From positions 2,730,001-2,762,000 of the forward strand of contig CP091279.1 of the NCBI GenBank assembly GCA_021650915.1: a stretch of DNA of 32,000 bases. The letters are read 5' to 3'. Position numbers and translations under genes: made by a program. The stretch comes from Candidatus Brocadia sp. Lineage in GTDB: Bacteria > Planctomycetota > Brocadiia > Brocadiales > Brocadiaceae. The notes below the pieces were generated by a model. It ran no database searches, was not told the origin of the DNA, and saw only the letters and a program-made list of their open reading frames with translations. Shown piece after piece: positions 15,335 through 23,337 of the stretch. Numbering within the stretch: position 1 is the first letter of the stretch; each line of letters begins with the position of its first letter.

Positions 15335-16371
15335 GAGAACATTAAAGTCTGAAATACTTGCTGTTCCGTTCTGATGAAATCAGAACATTGTGAAATAACA
15401 ATAGAATAATTTACATCGCCAACTCCGTTGCGGATATCTCTCTCCTCAATTCTCGGAAAGTCATTTTCTACTTTGTAGAATACATCCTGCCGAATGAAAT
15501 ATCCGGTGTGTTCATAAAGATGCCGGTGCTGGTCAAAATATCCCGCTTCAAGTAATTTGTTTTTGAAACGGTTTAGCGAATTGAAATCAGTACTTAAATA
15601 TTCTGAAACAGAATCAACAATTTGATTTAATGTTTCGCCCGATTGTTGTCTTGCTTCCAATGAAAGATGATAGAGAAAAAGATTTCCCAGATCACGTGTG
15701 TCAAGTTGTCTTTCGCTGCTTATTTGAACTTTCTGATGATTGTTTTGATGAGTTGTTTTTATCTCAACGCTCCATGTTCCTGACTGAAAATCCCTGATTT
15801 GTTTTTCTGGGCCAACCCAAGAATTAATAATGTTTAGAAAGTCAGAATTAGATTTAATAAACTTCCTCAAAAAAAATATTTCACCGTAAAGTCCCCTTTG
15901 TTCTTCAGGTGTTAGTCCTTGTTGTTTGAAACGCTCAAATAAGCTTTGCCACTTGATTAAACGATTGGAGTAATTTTTCAAAATTGCTTTTATGTCAGAT
16001 TCATTTATGACTGCTGCAAGAACATCAGCAACCAAGGTGTCAAACACATCTTTGAATTGCTTGTCAACCAGAACAAGATTCAGCAATAAATATTTTGAAT
16101 CATCAGGATCGTAAATTTTATCAAACTTCAAACCTCTGAACTCATAGCGGAAATTAAATTCCTTACCGATTGTAAGCGGTGCTTTGAGAATAAGCATCCG
16201 GTGTGTTTCAGGAAATTTCACTCCCAGAAAAACATCACACTTACTTGTGCCTGAATAACGCAACTTAAATAGTCCAGGCACTGCTGCACTGTTGGCTTCA
16301 AGCTGTGTCCATATTTGTTTAATCCGTTCCTTCATTTTCGTCTTGTTGGTCAAGTTTGTCAGGATATTCAT
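15331..16371 (-). CDS. PD-(D/E)XK-motif protein (predicted nuclease subunit)
   Basis: 346 aa. IRDFQSGTWSVEIKTT gives D...E-x-K in a beta-strand context. It occupies the position between Z1 and AIPR that matches the recurrent gene order I remember for this neighbourhood. The start is ATG 16371 or 16335, and both overlap the Z1 stop (16319). Confidence 0.65.
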   Translation of the reverse strand: MNILTNLTNKTKMKERIKQIWTQLEANSAAVPGLFKLRYSGTSKCDVFLGVKFPETHRMLILKAPLTIGKEFNFRYEFRGLKFDKIYDPDDSKYLLLNLVLVDKQFKDVFDTLVADVLAAVINESDIKAILKNYSNRLIKWQSLFERFKQQGLTPEEQRGLYGEIFFLRKFIKSNSDFLNIINSWVGPEKQIRDFQSGTWSVEIKTTHQNNHQKVQISSERQLDTRDLGNLFLYHLSLEARQQSGETLNQIVDSVSEYLSTDFNSLNRFKNKLLEAGYFDQHRHLYEHTGYFIRQDVFYKVENDFPRIEERDIRNGVGDVNYSIVISQCSDFIRTEQQVFQTLMFS

Positions 16372-19276
16372 ATTCTTTCCTGAACTGTTCGTTCACTGCA
16401 TATTCAATTTTCTCATCGTTTTCAATCTCAGGAAAACTTATGGCAATACCAATGATTGGTTTCTCAGAAATTTTCCTTGAAACAATATCTCCTGTTACTG
16501 GGTCTTTCCTCTCAACATTATGATTCATCGGATAGATGAAAAGAAAACCATTCTTGTCGTTTCGTATCCACTTAATTCTTTTGCGGCTTGGAATATCAGG
16601 ATAAACCCTCTTTTCAGATTTGTCTTTGTCCTCTAAATCATAATCTGTTTTGGTCGCAGCTAAAGCATTTTCAATCTCTATTTTTGAAAGGTCAATCAAT
16701 TCATGTTTGTGGTCAGTTATGTTATACTTGGCAACTTCATAGGTTGAATCATCATTGCTAATATTTGTTCTGTTTGTTAAGCCAACTTCTTCTGAAATTC
16801 CTTCGAAGCGAAACTTATTCTTTGGAGTAGAATTATTTATCAATGCTACAGTCCAGTTTGTAAGATTGTGATTCTTCACCTGAGCATTGATGTAATCAAC
16901 GATTTTGTTTGTGTCAATTACAGCTTCATTGATTTTGTATTTCTGTAAAAATGAAGTTACCAGGTTATGATTGTTTTCACCCTGCCAAACATATTTCTGC
17001 AAATTGTTTTCTGAATTTGGTAAAGTAGATACAGGATTTCTCAACGCCAGAATTAATTCATTGACAGCATCAAAGTTCTTTCCGAAAGAATTTTCATCAA
17101 TCTTAAACTGATAGGTTTGCTCAAGTTCACCTGAGTAACTCAGCTGCATCAAATGATGATACTTGAATTTAAGCGGTGAGGTAATTTTCAAAACACCAGG
17201 ATGTGTTCTCACTTTCAACCCAAACTCTCTCGGAGTTTTGTTTAAGAGGAACATATAATCAAAATCTCTTCTCATTTCTTCTGATGCAATCGTAATGTGC
17301 TTATACCAATTGTTCAATTCCTTGCTTGTAAAAATTCTGCATAGGTCAGCATATCCTGGTCTGTAGCCAAACCATCTTCCCATTTGCATGAGGGTGTCAT
17401 ACATCTTGGAAGCACGCAAGTAATAACTTACTGTCAGTCCTTCTAAAGTCAAACCTCTTGAAAGCTTATTTCCGCCAACTGCAATTACAGAAAGAAATTT
17501 TCCTTGTTGTTCAGAATAGAAATAATCCAGGGGAGAAATATTCTTGTGATTCAGTTGCGCAATATTCTTATCTCCGTGAACGGCTCTCACTTCCATTTTT
17601 GCAATTGCAGGAAATATTTCCTTCTCAACATCTTTCCATAAGATTGGAATAATATCAGGGTCTTTATAGATATGCGAATTGTCAATCACCTTCTGAGTTG
17701 TTGAAACAAACTCCTTATTCCAGATTGCTTCCAGATTTTTCATAACATTTCCGGATTGCAATTCAATCTGATTCTGGAAAGATTTCAATTCTGCATCTAC
17801 AAGCGTTGCGATTTTATCTTGCCATAAAATATATCTTGATACATGTATAAGCATTGAATTGTGAGCATTGATTTGACCTCTCACTCTCCTTGCAGCGGTT
17901 GAGAGAATAAAGCACATCAAAGCATATCTCAAACTTACTGGTATTTCATCAGGAAGAGAATCTCCTTTTTTGTGCTTGTCAGGAACAAAAGATTTTGTTG
18001 CAACGAATTCCTTTTCAACTCCAGCAATAAGATTTTGTAATTGCTCTTGTGCATTTGAAGCACTGAATACCTGATAATCTTTTGCAAGTCGGATTAATGG
18101 CAATGGTTCTTCTGCCTTCTCTGAAGAATTGAAAGGCGGCAATCCAAAAACTTTTGCCGGACCAATATAATTGGATGGTGCAGGAAGGTTGATAATAAAA
18201 TCTTTCGGAAATAAATCCTGACCGACTGAAAATTCAAACTCTTTTATTGTCAGGTCTAATCCTTTAAAAGATTTTTCTTCAAGAATGGGAATGAAAATGT
18301 TTGCAAAGGGTGTTGCAGTGTAGCCAACATAAGCACTTTGCTCAAACAGCGAAAGCAATGCTCTGATGCATCCATTAATTGTGGAAACATTTTTCTTGCT
18401 CACATTGATAGAAGCGTTGTCTGCCTCATCATCAATTACCAAAATGGGTGTGTTACGAATTACAACTTTTCCATCTGGCATTTTATCACCTGATAGAGAT
18501 AACCATGTAATAAGGTTCTTAAGAATTGAACCATTTTTCTTTACAACTGCTACAACAGGGTCTGAACCTTTGATACTGACACGAATTGAATCTGCTACAT
18601 TCCGATTAAAATCTCCATTCACTTCTTCAATTTCACATGAAGTAAGAGAATGTGCAATTAAATCCTTCTTGTAAAGTCCTACACCTACAAGGTCATTATT
18701 TCGGAAATTTCTCAATCCTCCTTTTGTCGTTCTCCCGATAAACCCTTCATCAATTCTGATTTGTGTTTGGCTTCTAAGTAAGTCGTGCATACCTGCCAGA
18801 ACAATTATCAGTTTGTAGCCTGCATCAGCCGCTTTGTTTATCAGTCCGGTGTAGTTGGAAGTTTTTCCTGATTGAACCTGACCTACAACCATTCCTCTTT
18901 TGTCCCATGCTCCAGGACTTGAAGGGTTTGAAATGCGATCTAATATATCGTCAGTGAGATTGTCAAGTTTGTTGATGGTGTCCGGTGCAATTTTCTTTTG
19001 AAGAAAACTTGTGTAACGATTCCAGTAATTCCATTTGATACTTGCTTTACTGTCTTTTACCCAAGGAACATATCCTTCATCTGTATCAAGGATTTTGTAG
19101 TCCTCAGAAAAAACTGAAAATGTTGCTGTCAGGAAATTGAATAATACTTCCCGCTGATTGGCTAAGTCAGAAAATATTTTTAATGCATCATCAATAGAAT
19201 TGTTGATGTCGCTTATTGATGGATTTTTTATTCCACTCAGCCGGATAATGCAGATATTTTTTGCTTGTTCAATCAT
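16319..19276 (-). CDS. Z1-domain P-loop NTPase (helicase/translocase-like)
   Basis: 985 aa with Walker A GQVQSGKTSNYTG, Walker B/DEAD-like LVIDDEADNAS and VGYTATPFAN. The C-terminal Z1 signature is GGNKLSRGLTLEGLTVSYYLRASKMYDTLMQMGRWFGYRPGYADLCRI. Confidence 0.85.
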   Translation of the reverse strand: MIEQAKNICIIRLSGIKNPSISDINNSIDDALKIFSDLANQREVLFNFLTATFSVFSEDYKILDTDEGYVPWVKDSKASIKWNYWNRYTSFLQKKIAPDTINKLDNLTDDILDRISNPSSPGAWDKRGMVVGQVQSGKTSNYTGLINKAADAGYKLIIVLAGMHDLLRSQTQIRIDEGFIGRTTKGGLRNFRNNDLVGVGLYKKDLIAHSLTSCEIEEVNGDFNRNVADSIRVSIKGSDPVVAVVKKNGSILKNLITWLSLSGDKMPDGKVVIRNTPILVIDDEADNASINVSKKNVSTINGCIRALLSLFEQSAYVGYTATPFANIFIPILEEKSFKGLDLTIKEFEFSVGQDLFPKDFIINLPAPSNYIGPAKVFGLPPFNSSEKAEEPLPLIRLAKDYQVFSASNAQEQLQNLIAGVEKEFVATKSFVPDKHKKGDSLPDEIPVSLRYALMCFILSTAARRVRGQINAHNSMLIHVSRYILWQDKIATLVDAELKSFQNQIELQSGNVMKNLEAIWNKEFVSTTQKVIDNSHIYKDPDIIPILWKDVEKEIFPAIAKMEVRAVHGDKNIAQLNHKNISPLDYFYSEQQGKFLSVIAVGGNKLSRGLTLEGLTVSYYLRASKMYDTLMQMGRWFGYRPGYADLCRIFTSKELNNWYKHITIASEEMRRDFDYMFLLNKTPREFGLKVRTHPGVLKITSPLKFKYHHLMQLSYSGELEQTYQFKIDENSFGKNFDAVNELILALRNPVSTLPNSENNLQKYVWQGENNHNLVTSFLQKYKINEAVIDTNKIVDYINAQVKNHNLTNWTVALINNSTPKNKFRFEGISEEVGLTNRTNISNDDSTYEVAKYNITDHKHELIDLSKIEIENALAATKTDYDLEDKDKSEKRVYPDIPSRKRIKWIRNDKNGFLFIYPMNHNVERKDPVTGDIVSRKISEKPIIGIAISFPEIENDEKIEYAVNEQFRKEYEYPDKLDQQDENEGTD

Positions 19277-19278
19277 AT

Positions 19279-20808
19279 TCAGTCAAGATTTGCGATGTAT
19301 TCAGGGTAGTGATTGAAAGGTCCAAGATTTACGATAACTGCCTTCGCTTCTTCTTTCGTCTTTCCCTGTTTTGTCAGTGAGTCAAAAATGTTTTTCATCA
19401 GTGTCCAGATGTCATCATGCTTTATTCCTTCAAATGGTTTTCCCTGTGCTTCCGGTTCTTCTGCTTCTCTGATGTAAATTGATTTTACCGGAATCGTTTC
19501 TTCTATAAACTTCAACAACGTATCAATTGCTTTGTCCGGTTTTTCTTCCGCTTGTTTTCTGATTTTCTCAATCAATGGATGTTCACGATTGATTTTGTAA
19601 AACCATTTGTCGCCTCGCTTGTGGTCAATCCAAAGCGGAACGAACTTTTGTCCAGGATATGGCTTTACATTTTTTCCTTTGTGTCTGTAAACTTCAACTG
19701 CCTGTGATCTCACCTTACCTGCGTATGCTTTCAACTGGTCACGCAATGCAAGTGGTGGTCGTGCAATAGATTTCTTGATGTCAATCTGCCACTCTGAATC
19801 AAGATTGTTCGGAAGATTTATTTCTATCCGTGCAAGTTTGTAGTGTTCTTCTTTTCGGAACATTCCCAGCCAATCACCTGCAAGCAACAATCTTTCGTTT
19901 CGGTAGATGTAAAAACCTTGCTGTTCATTCCAACCCTTCGGACCTTCTGCTTCTTTGAATTTGTCTTCACTAATTTTTGATTTGTGTGGCAGCACATAAC
20001 CTTTCACAAGCACTTTTCCATTGTAGAAAGGTTCTTCTGGAAATCCTTGTGTTGCCGGTTCGTTTGGCAGAAATGGATTCCATGCTTCAACTGGTCTGTC
20101 CTGAAAGAAAATTTTTATTCTGCCGTTTTCAATGAAACGGTGAAACACCATTGCAAGATGTTTTTTTACATGTTTCATTATTTCAAGAAACTTGTCCAAA
20201 GCATTCTCATCATTCTTTTGCAAATCTTTTACAAGCCGGTCAATGTCATTCCAGATTACAATTGTTCCAGACTTAACTGAGTTGATTTCATTTTCAAAAT
20301 TTCCCTGTGGCAGATATTTTATTAATTCCCAATTGCATGTCTGTTTTACAAAATCTAAATCCCAAGTCCAGAAAACAGGTTTGTAATTTTCTCTTTTGCT
20401 TATTACAGAAAGTTTTCTGCACTGAGAAAACGAAGCAGTCTTTAATCCCAAACCGAATCTCCCTAAATCTTTACGACTTCTGTCGTCTAGTGGATTTTTA
20501 CTTCCAGGTCGCATTGCCTGAATCAGTTCTTCGTTGTCCATTCCACGTCCGTCATCTTTAACTGAAAGCCATGTACGAGAACCTTTCCATTCGAAATTTA
20601 CCAGGATGTTTTTTGCTCTGGCTGATATTGAATTATCAATAATATCAGCTATTGCAGCTTCAATGCTGTATCCGACAGCCCGCAAGGTTTCAATCATCGA
20701 AGATGCTTTTGGAATCGCTTCTACTGTTTGGTACTTTGTGTAATCGATAGACGATGTCATATTTACAAGAGTTCTTTTATCATTGGGAATACTCGCTATC
20801 TTCTTCAT
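19279..20808 (-). CDS. GHKL-superfamily ATPase (HATPase_c_3, MORC/MutL-like)
   Basis: 509 aa with N-box AIADIIDNSISA, G1 box DDGRGM and G2 box GRFGLGLKTAS. The start ATG overlaps the dcm stop (ATGA at 20805-20808). Confidence 0.85.
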   Translation of the reverse strand: MKKIASIPNDKRTLVNMTSSIDYTKYQTVEAIPKASSMIETLRAVGYSIEAAIADIIDNSISARAKNILVNFEWKGSRTWLSVKDDGRGMDNEELIQAMRPGSKNPLDDRSRKDLGRFGLGLKTASFSQCRKLSVISKRENYKPVFWTWDLDFVKQTCNWELIKYLPQGNFENEINSVKSGTIVIWNDIDRLVKDLQKNDENALDKFLEIMKHVKKHLAMVFHRFIENGRIKIFFQDRPVEAWNPFLPNEPATQGFPEEPFYNGKVLVKGYVLPHKSKISEDKFKEAEGPKGWNEQQGFYIYRNERLLLAGDWLGMFRKEEHYKLARIEINLPNNLDSEWQIDIKKSIARPPLALRDQLKAYAGKVRSQAVEVYRHKGKNVKPYPGQKFVPLWIDHKRGDKWFYKINREHPLIEKIRKQAEEKPDKAIDTLLKFIEETIPVKSIYIREAEEPEAQGKPFEGIKHDDIWTLMKNIFDSLTKQGKTKEEAKAVIVNLGPFNHYPEYIANLD

Positions 20809-22049
20809 TTCAGATATTCTATCAGTAGTTTTGCAATTTTCTCTATCATAAGAGGTGGAACGGCATTTCCGATTTGTCTGAAAGCAGCAGTTCTGTTTTT
20901 CCCCTCTTTTACTCCCTCAAAATAATAATCGTCAGGAAATGACTGTAGCCTGGCAGCTTCCCGAACTGAGATTGAACGATTCTGCTCTATATCAGGATGG
21001 ATGTAATAATGACCGTCTTTAGCAATATGCGCAACAACTGTTTGTGAGTATGGCACATCATCAGCCACAACCTTGAATCTGTCTAGGAAAGCATACCTGT
21101 TTTTATGAGTTTTAAGCCTTTCAGGAAGATCGTTGTAATCAAGTCTTTCTTTGCTTCTTTTCCATTTTCTTACAGCAATACGATAAATTTCTTTATCCTG
21201 CTCTGTGTGCGGCCTTGTAATGTGTTGCGTCAGGACGTCAAGACCATTTCTTATTCTTGTAAAGCTCAGATAATCATTGATTCCTTCAGCGTATTCATAA
21301 TATTTATCTTTGCCTTTCCCGTCACTTAATTTCGGTAAGTCATTAAAAATATTCCCAACCTTATATTCAACCCTGCTTTGACATTTTAGTTGGTCAAACG
21401 AAAAATTTATATCCTTTTTCCATCCAATAATGATTACCCTTTTTCTGTTTTGAAGTACTCCAAATTCATTCGCATTTACAATAAATGGTTCAACTATATA
21501 TCCAAAACTCTTAAAATCTGCCTGAATATTCTTGAAATATTTCCCTTTTTCTGCTGAAAGCAATCCAAGTACATTCTCAAAAATAAATAACTTCGGGCTG
21601 TATTTTTTCAGGAATCTTCCATACTGGACGTACAGATGATTTCTTGGATCATCCCGCATTCCGTTTCTGTCTCTTGCCCGCCCTACTAAAGAATATGCCT
21701 GACATGGGGGGCCACCTACTATTATATCTATCTTTTTCCTGCCAGCGAGCTTTTCTACCATCTGAAAAATCTTAAAATTGTTTTCATCGCCAATAGACAG
21801 ATTGATTACAGATCCCAGTATATGGGAAGGAATAACGGAATAAAGCAGATTTCTGCTTATTTCTCCTTTAAGGTATTTAATGTAAATATCCAATTTTTTA
21901 TTTTCATTGAGATAATGATAGGAAAGCCTTGTTTTTAGTGTAAAACATGCAGCAGGATCAATTTCAACATGGGCAACAGGTTCAAAACCCGCCCTTTTGA
22001 AACCTTCTGAGAAACCACCGGCTCCTGCAAATAAGTCGATATATCTCAT
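20805..22049 (-). CDS. dcm: DNA (cytosine-5)-methyltransferase
   Basis: Motif I DLFAGAGGFSEGF, IV GGPPCQAYS, VI FENV, VIII QNRKRVIIIG, IX SVREAARLQSFPDDY, X GNAVPPLM. I place the start at ATG 22049, which overlaps the vsr stop as ATGA. The track's start at 22112 would overlap vsr by 67 nt. Confidence 0.95.
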   Translation of the reverse strand: MRYIDLFAGAGGFSEGFKRAGFEPVAHVEIDPAACFTLKTRLSYHYLNENKKLDIYIKYLKGEISRNLLYSVIPSHILGSVINLSIGDENNFKIFQMVEKLAGRKKIDIIVGGPPCQAYSLVGRARDRNGMRDDPRNHLYVQYGRFLKKYSPKLFIFENVLGLLSAEKGKYFKNIQADFKSFGYIVEPFIVNANEFGVLQNRKRVIIIGWKKDINFSFDQLKCQSRVEYKVGNIFNDLPKLSDGKGKDKYYEYAEGINDYLSFTRIRNGLDVLTQHITRPHTEQDKEIYRIAVRKWKRSKERLDYNDLPERLKTHKNRYAFLDRFKVVADDVPYSQTVVAHIAKDGHYYIHPDIEQNRSISVREAARLQSFPDDYYFEGVKEGKNRTAAFRQIGNAVPPLMIEKIAKLLIEYLK

Positions 22050-22462
22050 TTTGTTAATCTCGTTGCTAACTGATTCAGGGTTTTTTCGGTTTTCTTTGGT
22101 CTTAATTTGCACTCAAACACGGTAAAGACCTTCCAACCAAGTTTTTTTAATTTCCTAATGTTTTCAGCATCAAGCTGTTTATTCCGGTTAATCTTCTCAA
22201 TCCACCATTTTGTCCGTGTTTTTGGTACCACAAAATATTTGCAACCTTCATGGCCATGCCAGAAACAGCCGTGAATAAATACAACCGTTTTATATTTTGG
22301 GAAAACAAGGTCTGGCTTGCCAGGCAACATTTTATCATGAAGTTTATACCTGAATCCATTGCCAAACAGGAATTTTCTGACCATGATTTCCGGCTTTGTG
22401 TTCCTGCTCCTGATCATGGACATATTATAACTTCTGGTTTTCCTGTTGTGAACGTCTGCCAT
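22046..22462 (-). CDS. vsr: very-short-patch repair endonuclease
   Basis: 138 aa with RSRNTKPE, LPGKPDLVF, FIHGCFWHGHEGC and W..KI..N..RD-type motifs. It is the first gene of the operon. Confidence 0.95.
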   Translation of the reverse strand: MADVHNRKTRSYNMSMIRSRNTKPEIMVRKFLFGNGFRYKLHDKMLPGKPDLVFPKYKTVVFIHGCFWHGHEGCKYFVVPKTRTKWWIEKINRNKQLDAENIRKLKKLGWKVFTVFECKLRPKKTEKTLNQLATRLTK

Positions 22463-22486
22463 GAATTTTCGTTAAATTCAAATTAA

Positions 22487-22517
22487 ACACGGACAAACGA
22501 AGTTTGTCCATGCCACC
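22487..22517. repeat. 31-nt hairpin repeat, copy 1 (minus-strand reading GGTGGCATGGACAAAC-TTCG-GTTTGTCCGTGT)
   Basis: Identical to 24756-24786 except for 2 nt in the loop. The stem is GGACAAAC/GTTTGTCC. Confidence 0.7.
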
Positions 22518-22555
22518 CATGAACCTGCATAAATAAAATGAAAATTCCTTGTACG

Positions 22556-22693
22556 ATGGACATAATTATAACTTCTCTGCCTGTGCAGTGTCTGACTGCA
22601 AGCGACCACGCTCAGGCAGGCACTTGCCTGCATGTAACACGCAAGCAGGCGCAGACAGGTGGTTTTCCTGCTGTGAACTTCCGCCATGAATTT
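22556..22693 (-). pseudogene. duplicated 5' end of vsr (about 8 nt of leader plus about 50 nt of coding) interrupted by an 84-bp insertion
   Basis: The minus strand AAAATTCATGGCGGAAGTTCACAGCAGGAAAACCA[84 bp]GAAGTTATAATTATGTCCAT compares with intact vsr AAAATTCATGGCAGACGTTCACAACAGGAAAACCAGAAGTTATAATATGTCCAT. Homology stops after ATGTCCAT. Confidence 0.65.
22576..22659. repeat. 84-bp GC-rich, hairpin-forming mini-insertion
   Basis: Its boundaries are defined exactly by alignment with intact vsr. It contains the stems GCAGT/ACTGC and GCAGGCA/TGCCTGC. On the minus strand it shares CCTGC..GTGTTA..GCAGGCA with the element at 12845-12907. Confidence 0.6.
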
Positions 22694-22737
22694 TATTGCT
22701 CACTCAAAAAGTTACGGAATAGGCGGATTTTTTTCTT

Positions 22738-22956
22738 TTACCCTTTTTGCTGTTTCTTCTCAAAATATTCTTCTGCCTTCTTGTAAATTTCATCCACAGT
22801 CATGCCTTCAAATAATTCTTCCTGAAGTTTCAAAGAGTCTCTCTTTTCATAGGTAATTTGGGACAGAAATCTCATAGCATCAACTTCACCCAGGTTTTTA
22901 AACAGAACACTCAACCCTTTCTTTCTTATTTCAAAATCACTTGCCATTTCAGCCAT
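22738..22956 (-). CDS. small hypothetical protein (72 aa), possibly a toxin-antitoxin partner
   Basis: SD GGAGGTGA lies 6 nt upstream of the ATG. The protein is acidic and helical (MAEMASDFEIRKKGLSVLFKNLGEVDAMRFLSQITYEKRDSLKLQEELFEGMTVDEIYKKAEEYFEKKQQKG). It starts 1 nt after the stop of the PIN-like remnant. I recognise no family. Confidence 0.45.
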   Translation of the reverse strand: MAEMASDFEIRKKGLSVLFKNLGEVDAMRFLSQITYEKRDSLKLQEELFEGMTVDEIYKKAEEYFEKKQQKG

Positions 22957-22957
22957 G

Positions 22958-23335
22958 TTAACTCACCTCCCAATCTTCGATAAACTTTAAAGGATTCATT
23001 ATCTTAAGATTTATCCCCAATTTCGAAGCTTTTTTTATTAGTTTATTATCGCAGGTTAAAAAATATTCAGCCTCTCCTTTTAAAGCACAAGCAAGATGGA
23101 TGGCATCTCTTGGTCTTATGCCAGGCAGAAAATATCTTGCGACCGGTAATCCCGTACATACGGATTTTTTTGAAGACGACGTCCTTGTTCAGGTCGATGT
23201 TAACGCGTCTTTCATAAATACCAAAATGGAAACCCGATGCATCTCTCGAAGTAACGGTAACTAATGCAATTGAGCGACTGGCGTATCTATGCTTTTATAC
23301 TGGTTTTGATCAGGCATTGACTCATATAGCAAGGC
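22958..23335 (-). pseudogene. PIN-domain (VapC-like) toxin remnant, frameshifted and truncated by the IS630 insertion
   Basis: The C-terminal frame reads ..PGIRPRDAIHLACALKGEAEYFLTCDNKLIKKASKLGINLKIMNP..* (the DAxHLA...T.D signature). The plausible upstream continuation (..VVFKKIRMYGITGRKIF) is in another frame, with the shift near 23126. No N-terminal PIN aspartate or start codon precedes the IS at 23336. Confidence 0.4.
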
Positions 23336-23337
23336 TA

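Noticed and set aside
22050-22112. 21-codon N-terminal extension of dcm overlapping vsr by 67 nt
   Set aside because: ATG 22049 gives the canonical M-R-Y-I-D-L-F-A-G-x-G-G start and an ATGA overlap with the vsr stop. The extension carries no conserved motif.
22478-22687. 69-aa minus-strand ORF (MAEVHSRKTTCLRLLACYMQ...) as a possible small Cys-rich protein
   Set aside because: Its first 9 codons are a copy of the vsr start. The rest reads through an 84-bp hairpin insertion and a REP-like repeat. It is better explained as a vsr 5' fragment than as a gene.
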